In this document: positions 9,830-17,601 of the stretch, one piece after another
Position numbering within the stretch: position 1 is the first letter of the stretch
How the letters are laid out: every line of letters begins with the position of its first letter
Assembly: GCA_965644315.1 (NCBI GenBank)
Contig: CBFFRQ010000105.1
Span: forward strand, 1 to 19,154
Reading direction: 5' to 3'
Length of the DNA stretch: 19,154 nucleotides
Source of the DNA: Caecitellus pseudoparvulus
Taxonomy: Eukaryota > Protista > Bigyra: Bicosoecida
The notes under the pieces: model-generated
Database searches by the model: none
What the model saw: the letters and a program-made list of their open reading frames with translations, nothing else
What the model was told of the DNA's origin: nothing
Position numbers and translations under genes: made by a program

Positions 9830-9928
9830 CCAATTCAATGCATTGCAACTTGCCTTCACGCTTGCACGTGGTACAGCTTGGGCGTCACGTGTGGCGCACG
9901 CTGCTGTGCACTAGGCACAGCAGGAGCG

Positions 9929-10087
9929 CCACAGCGGCTCCCACTCTCGTGGGTCTGCAGCCATCACGGACATACGTCCGTTGTATGAGCCGCCGCTTGC
10001 TAGGGCGCGCCCGCGCCCGCCCATACGTGTCGAACTGCCCCGCCCGCGCCCTCTCGGCTCAGTCGGCTGAGCCAGAGAGGGCCGGGC
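9929..10087 (-). other. Conserved structured 3' UTR element (three-way junction plus long hairpin)
   Basis: 9929-10026 is identical to 17710-17807. Stems GCGGCT/AGCCGC, CCCAC/GTGGG (GAGA loop on the sense strand) and ACGGAC/GTCCGT; hairpin at 10042-10087. Confidence 0.6.
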
Positions 10088-10660
10088 CCACTCCTACTTC
10101 GTCCCAGTCCACACTTCGCTTCATAATTCAGAAACCCCCCGCATCTCCTGGCCCTCGCCAGGCACTGCACACGTGCCTGGGGCCACTGCGCGCTGCCCTG
10201 AGCCGCAGTGGCCGCCTTCGGGGTGGCGTTTCACGACGGTGTTGCACTGCACCACGCAGGTGGTAGCAGCGCGCACCGCCGGAACAACGCCCCCCGCGAC
10301 CAAGAACACCAAGAACACCTCCCCCTCTTCACAGAACATCCAGCTGATTCATCAATCAAGGCCCTGAGGACCGGTGCGCCCCGCCTGCGACGTTTCCCCG
10401 CGCGCCCGCGTGTTCACCCTGCCAAATTCCGCGCGCCCCGTCACAGGATTTTCACTGGAGCTGCACATGGACCCCGAGCCATCATGTAAGTATACTGGAC
10501 ACATTCACTTCATCATCTTCCAACTTTCCACAGGTTTCATCATCGATCAAGGACATCGCCTCCATGCGCACCTGCACTTCGCTCAACCACGACCGTGGTT
10601 GTCACCACGCCACGCCGTAAGCTTGCACCGCCTCGCGCCGCGCTCTACACACATCGCCCG

Positions 10661-13600
10661 CTACTCAGAGTCGGATGGACACTTCAAGGACGACCCAGAG
10701 GACGACGCCGAGGATGACATCGACGGTGCCGGAGGTTCATCAGGGACTTCCGGCCGTGCCAGCCCGAAGTCGAGCAAGGTGGCCTGCCTCGTGAAGGAGC
10801 GAGGCGGCCGACGAGGGGACTTGACAGGGAAGTAAGTGCGCTCGAAGCGCCGCGTCTTCACGTCCCGCACATGCTTCCTCACAGTACTCGGATCAGGAGC
10901 CGAGTATCCAGGGAGGGGACACATTCGTCCGTGCGCGGCCCACCAGAGGTACCGGGCGTGCCTCTGGATGTGGCGGTCGGCACGAGAGGTAAGGCTGAGC
11001 ATGCACGTCACCACCGCGTCCCACGCAGATACCGCGAGGCCCGTGGCGGCTACCAGGGCCTCGCGCCAGTACTTGGGGGGGCGGAGTGGACCCGAGGAGC
11101 CGCGGAGAGTGACATGAGGGTTACTCAGAACCGCGGCTGCCTCGGGACTCCAAGGCTGCTGTGCTGGGGGCTGGCCCCACCGATGGGGCCACTGGCCGCA
11201 CAGCAGCAGTCGCAGCAGCAGCAGGCGACCCGGGCGGCCCAACAAGCGGCCTTCGTCGGCGTGGACAACGGCATCCAGCAGTGAGGGGGGTACTTGGAGG
11301 AACTGGCAGTTGGCAACCCCCCTCACTGCATCATTGGATCTGGAGAGGAAGGTCCGCACCTCGGATAGGGCGGACCTTCTCGCAGGGACCAAGGAGTGAT
11401 GGGGGCAGTCAAGAAGGACGTGCTCCTGCAGGCTGCACCATGAGACGCTGTGGCACAGAGGGCAGGCGCTGAACAGTGTAGGGGTGTCATCCCCGTTGAA
11501 CACTTGAAGCGTCTGCCACAGGTGCACCTTCACACGTCTCTCCTGATCGCCTTCGTGGACCCAGAAGACTGGGTTCACAGAGGAAGGGATTGGGTGCAGC
11601 CAGGCGAAGAAGCGAGCACCCACACCGATGTGGTACTCCTTTGGACGCCTGGTGGCCTTCATCTCCCCCGTGGGAGTGTAGCCAACTGCACCGCACCTGA
11701 CCGTCTGGGCCACATGAAGGAAGGAGGCAACGACACGCTGCCGAGTGGCCCAGGGGGTGGTGTCCGGGAACTGGGGGGCCGCAGACAGATCCGAGGACTC
11801 CGCCGCAGCGAGTCCAAGCAGCTGGATCTTGGGGGGGGCGGGGTCCATCCCAGCGGTGATGTCGACCCCGTGTGTGTCTGGGGCCGAGTCAGGCGGCGAC
11901 TCCAGGCACACAGCCTCCAGGCGTGCGCGGTCAGGGAGGCATCCAAGGAGCCAGAGGTCAAGTAGACCGTGTAAGGCCCATGGATCTGGGATGCCTCCAG
12001 CGCCTGGCCTGTCGAGGCGGACATTGGCCAGGAAGATGCCGGCCATGTCCAAGGGGGAGGGCAGCAGGTCCAGGGCTTGGCGCAGGCTGATGGACAGCGC
12101 CTTGGCCATGGGGGTGGGCACTTGGACATTCTTCAGCAGCTTCATGAAGATGTTGCTGCGGAGTTTCGTCGCCCGGATGTGTGTTGGCAAGACGCCGCAC
12201 ACAGCAAGCTTCGCATAGTTGTGCATGCGTGCCAGCGAGCTTTGCATCCCCAGCTGGGCCTTGCTGAAGGCGATGGCAAGTCCACGATCGACGTCCCGCA
12301 AAGGCAGCACCGAGTTGCTGACCTGGGACGCCAAGATGTAGTCGGCGGCACTGTTGATGGATGCAGTGCCGATCCGCTGCTTCAGGATCGGACTCAGCCA
12401 CGCACTACTGAGGAGGGCGCCGCAGCCGAACCCAGCCCGAGTGCAGGACAGAGTGGCCTGCCTCGTGGCAAGCAGTCGGGTTCGGCTGATAGTTTCAGAC
12501 AGGGGGACACCCAAGTACGAGTAGGTGCTCGTGCGTTGGATGGGTGTCCCCTTGACCTTCATGGACTGCCCTGACCTCAACCAGCGGGATCGCCAGATGA
12601 GCTTCCGCCGCTCCGTGGCTGACACCCCATTGACCTGCTGCGCCCCGGTGAGGACCATGACCCCGGACTTGCGCGGGTTGATGGCCAAGCCCACCCGGCT
12701 GCCCAAGGCCTTCACTTCAAGGAACATCCGGTGGAGGGCAGCAGGGGTGGTGGCAAGGCAAGCAAGGTCGTCCGCATAGAGCGTGTGCGTGACGTGGCCG
12801 CGGGGTGTCGGCACTCCTGCCCCTGATACCCCCTGACTTGGCAGCTCTCTCAGGCGTTGAGAGAGCACATCAATAGCCACCTTGAACAATAGAGGCGACA
12901 GTGCGCCACCCTGGGGGACCCCGTTGGTGACTGGGAGGGGGTCGCAGAGACCATGGCCGGTATGGATGGCCACTGTGGCGCGCTGCATGTAGTCCTTCAC
13001 GCAGCTGAGCAGGGGCTGTGGGAGGCTGGCTGACTCGAGGATCTCGAGTATCGACTCGTGGCTGACAGTGTCAAAGGCACCCTTGAAGTCCACGAAGAGG
13101 ACAAGGACACTGGCAGTGGGCTTGGCGCGCAGGTGGGCAGTGGACACCTCCTGCAAGGCCAGGATCTGCTCGTGGGTGTTGCGGGCATGGGTGAAGCCTG
13201 CTTGCTCATGTGAGATCCAGTGCTGTACCCAGTCTTCGACACATGAGGCCACGACCGAGAAGAAGAGCTTGGCTTGGGGGGGACGGCAGACAATGAGCCT
13301 GTACGTCTGCACCCTCCCGGCCTGGCTGGCGGTCTTGGGGATGAGTGTCCCCACCCCACTGTGGTACTGACTTGGACATGCCCCGGTGCTGATGGCCTGT
13401 TGGAGAGCGGCAGCGTACCTCTTCCGGAAGTCCTCGCTGGCATACTTGACATGCTCAGCCTGGTAGTGCCCCGTGCCAGGGTTGCGATGAAGGCTCAGGG
13501 ACTGGGTCTTCTTCAAGATATGATCCACGCTCGGGGTCCAGGCGGCTTCAGTGGCCATGTGGGTCGGGGCCGATGGGAGCAGCCGGCCCAGTCCGAACTT

Positions 13601-16600
13601 CAGGGACACGACTTGGCGTGGAGGGGGGCTGATGATCTGGGCCATCTGGTCCCTGACCACAGTCCGCACTTGTGATGGGTCTGTGATGAGGGTGCCGCTG
13701 TCGTCCATGACTGACTGGATGGACGACGAAGTGCCCTTCCTTCTTCTGCCGGACAGCTTCCGCACATGCAGGTGAGCAGTGAAGGGGTCAAGCCGGGCAA
13801 GGTCCCGGATGCGCTGTTGGACTTGGAACATGGCAGCCTTGTGCTTCTTGGCAACCAGCCGAGTACACTTGCGCATCGCCTTCTTCCTTTCAACCTGGGT
13901 GGCAGCAAGGTCCTCCATGAGCATGTGCTTACGTTCATCCTCGCAACGCAGGGCAGCTGGGGCGTGAGGTGACTGGCTATGCTGAAGAAGGTGTCGGCGT
14001 CGATGAAGCTTGTGGAGTTGCTTCTTGATCCACCCCGTCCTCACTGTCATCCGCTTCTTGACAGAGCTGAGGGTGCGGATGTCGGCAAGGGCCTGAAGCA
14101 GTGGGGGAGCCACAGCTTTGCACTTGGCATGGGCTTGTCTGGCAGCATCGGCAACCATATCATCCAGGCCTGACAGCAGGGTATCTGCAGCTTGGCCAGG
14201 TGGAGGGGATGGGGCAGCAGTGATGGATGAGTCAAGCAGCCGCCTGTGCATGGTCTGTGCCCTGCGCCCTTCACGTGTAGATGATGCCCACCATGGCGGC
14301 ACAGAGAAGGAAGAGTGGGCATGCCGGGCACCCTTTGGCCGTAGAGGGATCACAACTTGGACTGTTGCTGACAGGAGGTAGTGGTCACTCAAGATCGACT
14401 TCTCCGGATTCTGCTTGCCGGCACTGGAGAAGGTTGTTGTCACTGTGTGTGGCACCTTGACCTGGGCCTTGAGCAGTGGGCAGACCAGGATATGGTCCAG
14501 GGCTCTGCCGTTCGTAGCATGGGTGGAGCAGCCGGCGAGCCCGGCTGGCTCGAGGTTACCATGCTCGCACACGATGGCGAGTTCCTTCACATCGGGGATG
14601 GGGTCAGGAACATCTGTACGGTTCTGCCAGCATGCTGTGTCCCACGCAGGAAGTCCGCCAACACCAGGATGGCAGTTGAGGTCCCCCATGAGGGAGATCA
14701 TATGCGTGGTTCGCAGACTTTTCACAGCGTTGGCCAGCTGCTCCCAGACCTCTTGGCGGTGGGGCAGCTTAGTGTCTGGGTCTGCAAGTGGCTTCTTCCG
14801 CTGGGCCGTGTGCCAGTTGGGCACGTAGGCCGCGATGACAGCAAGGGGTCTTGGCTTCATGGGGATGGAGCAGGCGACCACACAGCGTCCATCGAGTCCG
14901 AGGTTGACTATCTGCGTGGCACGTAGACGACGGTCGACCAGGAGTGCGACCTCACTACGGCCGGGTGGACGGTCGGGGGGGGAGGGCCTGAAACATTGGA
15001 GCCCCATGACTTCCGAGTCAAGTGTGCCGTGGCCACCAGGTTCTGTGAGGCAGAGGACCAGTCTGGATGACCGCAGGCATACAGACTGGGCACAGATGAG
15101 AACCTTGTGGAGGTTGCGGCCACATGACCCAGCAACATTCCAAGATACGAGCGATACTGGGATGCTGCTGGACTTTCCCACCGGTGTGCACGGACTCTGC
15201 TCCCACCTTGGGGGAGCAGCATCTTTTCCTGATGGAATGAGTTGGAACAGAGGGTCGCGCTCCTTTGCCTCACTTGCAGCAGAGGCCTGTGCTCGGGTGA
15301 GCCGGCCTGCTTGAATGGTGATCCTGGTAGACTTCCCCGCGATGAACGTCTTGAGGTGGACAACCCCATCGTTGTCCACAAAGGGAAGGGGGGGGAAGGA
15401 CTGGCGCAGACTGTGGAATACGCCTCGGATCCTGTCGCAGAGGGGGACTGGGTTCCCAGTGTGGGGTGTTGCTGCTACTCTGTACACCATGTCCACCGCA
15501 TCATCATACAGTCTCTGCATACACTTGTGCATGGGCAACTCAGTGCATGCATCAGGGGTGTCGGGGTTCCAGAGGACGAGGATGCCACGATCATGGTCAA
15601 CCAGTATGAGTGTCAGGTGGGCAGCGTGGGCATGTTGTGGCCGGTGCAAGGCAAAGGCGAAGTGGACGCCTTGAAAGTACCGCTCCTGTTCATCCTCGTC
15701 CACAGCTGCTTGTGGACTCACGCCACCGTGGTGCTTGTTCCCTCCATACAGGTCTTCATGCCGCAGATTGATGCGGTTGAGTAGCAGGTGGAGACCTGGC
15801 AGCAGTACTGGGGGGGATGTGGGCTGCAGCAGCGAGTCATCCGGGGTGAACCGGTACAGCAGTCGGGCCAATGCTGCCAGCTGGTCTTCTGGATCCGCAG
15901 AGGCTACGCCCATAGTCGGCGCTATGTACTTGACGTCCGAGCTTGATGAGTCAGAGAGAGCTGCAGCCTCCCGCTTGCGCAGGGTTTTGAATGCGCGTTG
16001 CGCTGCTTCCACTGTGGCTGCGTGTTGGAGGAGGAGAAGATCCTCGGGCTCCAGCACCTGGGCTCCCGCTGCAGTCTCTAGACATGCTTGCACGCAGTGG
16101 CGCTCGGCAAGGTTGCCGGCCACTGTGCTGGATGCAAGGAGGCGTTGAAGCGGGGACCCAGTAGGGATCCTGTGTCGTGGGAGATCCGCTGGGAGCCTGC
16201 TGCAGTCTTTCATCCGTACAACTTGAACAATTTCTGGGGAGGGCGGTGAGGGGCCTGGCACTTCCAGGGTGTCGCTTGTCTGTGGTTCAGACTCGACACT
16301 CAGCTGGTCTGCCTCTCCAAACAGTGCTCTTGCAGTTTCAGCGTTGGGTGGCTGATGATGTTGAGCTGCTGGCTGAGCACGGTGTTGTTGCTTGGAGTCT
16401 TGCTCAGTAGTTGGTGGTTGGTCCCATCGTGTGCTTGCCCCAGTGCGCACCCGAGAGGATGGAAGGACAACCTCTGTCGTGGGTCGCGGTGAAGTGGTGG
16501 GGGCAGGCATCGCTGTACGGAAGGGGCGTCGGCTTGCTGAGGGCTCGGACGGGGGAGTCTTGAAGAGGTCAGCGAACGTTCGTCCTGGCACGATATTGGT

Positions 16601-17371
16601 TGGCTTAGAAGACTTCGAGCGCTGTCCTCGGCGTACCTTCTTGCGCTTGCCTGGCACATGATGAGCAGTGTGGGCAGGCTTGGGTGGAGCAGGCCGGTTC
16701 ACTTTGTCGACAGCGGCATCGCCCTTGACGGGGACGGAATGTCGGACAGAGTGGCAGTCTTGACGAGCAGGCGGTGAGTGGCCATGAAGATGGGACTTGA
16801 CGAGCTTCACGACTGAGCTTACGTCACCTGTCTCAGCAGCAATCTTCGTGGCTTGGGGCATCAGGAGGTGGGCCGCCTTGAGCACAGGGATCGAGGCAGT
16901 CACCTGCACCTTGGCCTTGGCGTTGGCGAACTGGCGTGTGTTTGGAAACACAACAGCGATGAAGCCGCCTCTTCCAAGGCGCACAGTGAAGTCGTCCTCA
17001 CGTGCTGCTGCTTCGCGTATGCTCCGTGCCAGTTCTGCGCTGTCACTCCCTCCGCCAATCGAGACTAGCAGGGCAGGTGGGGCTCCTTGTGGGCGGCGCA
17101 ACGCAACTGCACCACGCCCAACTTCCGCACAGATGCCAGGGAACTGGGCCTCCGCCGCCTCACCGAAGACTTGAAGCCAGGAATCTCGGATGGTTGATGA
17201 AGATGTTGAAGGTTCTTCGTCGATCGGCACTCCGCCAAGCTGGAACGTCCGTGCAGCGCCTCGGCGCGGCATGTCAGTAAATCCGCCTGTTCGTGGCCCA
17301 CGCATTGCTCGCGCAGCAATGCACTTATCCACGAAGAGCGCACCCAACACTTGGCTTGTCTTGGCTTCCAT
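10661..17371 (-). CDS. Retrotransposon polyprotein (2236 aa from first ATG): RRM-like, cysteine-protease-like, AP endonuclease, reverse transcriptase, CCHC knuckle
   Basis: Uninterrupted frame 10661..17557 (TTG start in the track); first ATG at 17371 in ATC-ATG-G context; canonical APE and RT motifs. Confidence 0.95.
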   Translation of the reverse strand: MEAKTSQVLGALFVDKCIAARAMRGPRTGGFTDMPRRGAARTFQLGGVPIDEEPSTSSSTIRDSWLQVFGEAAEAQFPGICAEVGRGAVALRRPQGAPPALLVSIGGGSDSAELARSIREAAAREDDFTVRLGRGGFIAVVFPNTRQFANAKAKVQVTASIPVLKAAHLLMPQATKIAAETGDVSSVVKLVKSHLHGHSPPARQDCHSVRHSVPVKGDAAVDKVNRPAPPKPAHTAHHVPGKRKKVRRGQRSKSSKPTNIVPGRTFADLFKTPPSEPSASRRPFRTAMPAPTTSPRPTTEVVLPSSRVRTGASTRWDQPPTTEQDSKQQHRAQPAAQHHQPPNAETARALFGEADQLSVESEPQTSDTLEVPGPSPPSPEIVQVVRMKDCSRLPADLPRHRIPTGSPLQRLLASSTVAGNLAERHCVQACLETAAGAQVLEPEDLLLLQHAATVEAAQRAFKTLRKREAAALSDSSSSDVKYIAPTMGVASADPEDQLAALARLLYRFTPDDSLLQPTSPPVLLPGLHLLLNRINLRHEDLYGGNKHHGGVSPQAAVDEDEQERYFQGVHFAFALHRPQHAHAAHLTLILVDHDRGILVLWNPDTPDACTELPMHKCMQRLYDDAVDMVYRVAATPHTGNPVPLCDRIRGVFHSLRQSFPPLPFVDNDGVVHLKTFIAGKSTRITIQAGRLTRAQASAASEAKERDPLFQLIPSGKDAAPPRWEQSPCTPVGKSSSIPVSLVSWNVAGSCGRNLHKVLICAQSVCLRSSRLVLCLTEPGGHGTLDSEVMGLQCFRPSPPDRPPGRSEVALLVDRRLRATQIVNLGLDGRCVVACSIPMKPRPLAVIAAYVPNWHTAQRKKPLADPDTKLPHRQEVWEQLANAVKSLRTTHMISLMGDLNCHPGVGGLPAWDTACWQNRTDVPDPIPDVKELAIVCEHGNLEPAGLAGCSTHATNGRALDHILVCPLLKAQVKVPHTVTTTFSSAGKQNPEKSILSDHYLLSATVQVVIPLRPKGARHAHSSFSVPPWWASSTREGRRAQTMHRRLLDSSITAAPSPPPGQAADTLLSGLDDMVADAARQAHAKCKAVAPPLLQALADIRTLSSVKKRMTVRTGWIKKQLHKLHRRRHLLQHSQSPHAPAALRCEDERKHMLMEDLAATQVERKKAMRKCTRLVAKKHKAAMFQVQQRIRDLARLDPFTAHLHVRKLSGRRRKGTSSSIQSVMDDSGTLITDPSQVRTVVRDQMAQIISPPPRQVVSLKFGLGRLLPSAPTHMATEAAWTPSVDHILKKTQSLSLHRNPGTGHYQAEHVKYASEDFRKRYAAALQQAISTGACPSQYHSGVGTLIPKTASQAGRVQTYRLIVCRPPQAKLFFSVVASCVEDWVQHWISHEQAGFTHARNTHEQILALQEVSTAHLRAKPTASVLVLFVDFKGAFDTVSHESILEILESASLPQPLLSCVKDYMQRATVAIHTGHGLCDPLPVTNGVPQGGALSPLLFKVAIDVLSQRLRELPSQGVSGAGVPTPRGHVTHTLYADDLACLATTPAALHRMFLEVKALGSRVGLAINPRKSGVMVLTGAQQVNGVSATERRKLIWRSRWLRSGQSMKVKGTPIQRTSTYSYLGVPLSETISRTRLLATRQATLSCTRAGFGCGALLSSAWLSPILKQRIGTASINSAADYILASQVSNSVLPLRDVDRGLAIAFSKAQLGMQSSLARMHNYAKLAVCGVLPTHIRATKLRSNIFMKLLKNVQVPTPMAKALSISLRQALDLLPSPLDMAGIFLANVRLDRPGAGGIPDPWALHGLLDLWLLGCLPDRARLEAVCLESPPDSAPDTHGVDITAGMDPAPPKIQLLGLAAAESSDLSAAPQFPDTTPWATRQRVVASFLHVAQTVRCGAVGYTPTGEMKATRRPKEYHIGVGARFFAWLHPIPSSVNPVFWVHEGDQERRVKVHLWQTLQVFNGDDTPTLFSACPLCHSVSWCSLQEHVLLDCPHHSLVPARRSALSEVRTFLSRSNDAVRGVANCQFLQVPPSLLDAVVHADEGRLLGRPGRLLLLRLLLCGQWPHRWGQPPAQQPWSPEAAAVLSNPHVTLRGSSGPLRPPKYWREALVAATGLAVSAWDAVVTCMLSLTSRADRHIQRHARYLWWAAHGRMCPLPGYSAPDPSTVRKHVRDVKTRRFERTYFPVKSPRRPPRSFTRQATLLDFGLARPEVPDEPPAPSMSSSASSSGSSLKCPSDSE
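11405..11464 (-). other. CCHC zinc knuckle downstream of RT
   Basis: CPLC-x10-H-x4-C (CPLCHSVSWCSLQEHVLLDC), typical of non-LTR ORF2 C-termini. Confidence 0.85.
12500..13500 (-). other. Non-LTR reverse transcriptase domain (approximate bounds)
   Basis: YRLIVC, EQAGF, VDFKGAFDTVSH, GVPQGGALSPLLF, LYADDL (YADD at 12767-12778), GLAINPRKS, YSYLGV. Confidence 0.97.
14361..15160 (-). other. AP-like (EEP) endonuclease domain (approximate bounds)
   Basis: SWNVAG, LCLTE, AYVP, MGDLNCH, LDHILV and SDH are all present in order. Confidence 0.93.
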
Positions 17372-17590
17372 GATGTTGATGGAACGTGATGCAGGTGTCC
17401 CCAGGTGCAGACTTCCGCGGGAAGTGCACACTGCTTGCGCTGGTGTGATGGCGTGCGGAATTCGCACAGCTGCCACCCGCGCGCTGCCCCGCCAACCCAA
17501 ACACTGTGCAGCACCACACTGGGGTGCACGAGCGCCTGGATTAGGCAATGTTAGCAATGCACAACCTATGATTAGGTTGACATTTGGAAA

Positions 17591-17601
17591 GTTAGGGTTA
17601 G
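17591..17601 (+). repeat. 11-bp telomeric spacer GTTAGGGTTAG between tandem retrotransposon copies
   Basis: Read directly; identical to 9819-9829. Confidence 0.9.

Larger units (their letters stand above)
9830..17590 (-). mobile_element. Telomere-associated APE-type non-LTR retrotransposon, copy 1 (apparently full length, about 7.76 kb)
   Basis: Bounded on both sides by GTTAGGGTTAG. Intact APE-RT-CCHC ORF, 3' UTR of about 830 nt homologous to 17602-18444, 5' leader of about 220 nt, no poly(A). Confidence 0.93.

Noticed and set aside
9934-9993. Hammerhead ribozyme or tRNA-derived element for the three-way junction
   Set aside because: No CUGANGA/GAAA core on either strand and no cloverleaf; a nearby GTTCGA is not conserved in copy 2.
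9838-10266. Antisense ORF MHCNLP... also present in copy 2 (within 17190..18281)
   Set aside because: The shared part is nucleotide-identical with no synonymous changes, and the copies frameshift relative to each other, so conservation is not at protein level.
9773-10660. Telomerase RNA gene (template-like 11-mer plus three-way junction)
   Set aside because: The template-like sequence lies at the extreme 3' end, downstream of the junction, which is the reverse of TER organisation; no pseudoknot was identified.
10661-12400. RNase H or restriction-like endonuclease after the RT (Dualen/R2 type)
   Set aside because: No recognisable RNase H (DGS) or PD-(D/E)xK motifs by eye; a profile search would be needed to exclude a very divergent domain.
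10836-17280. Many short + strand and alternative-frame ORFs over the retrotransposon ORF (and similarly over the other long ORFs)
   Set aside because: Expected shadow ORFs in GC-rich coding DNA, with no recognisable motifs.
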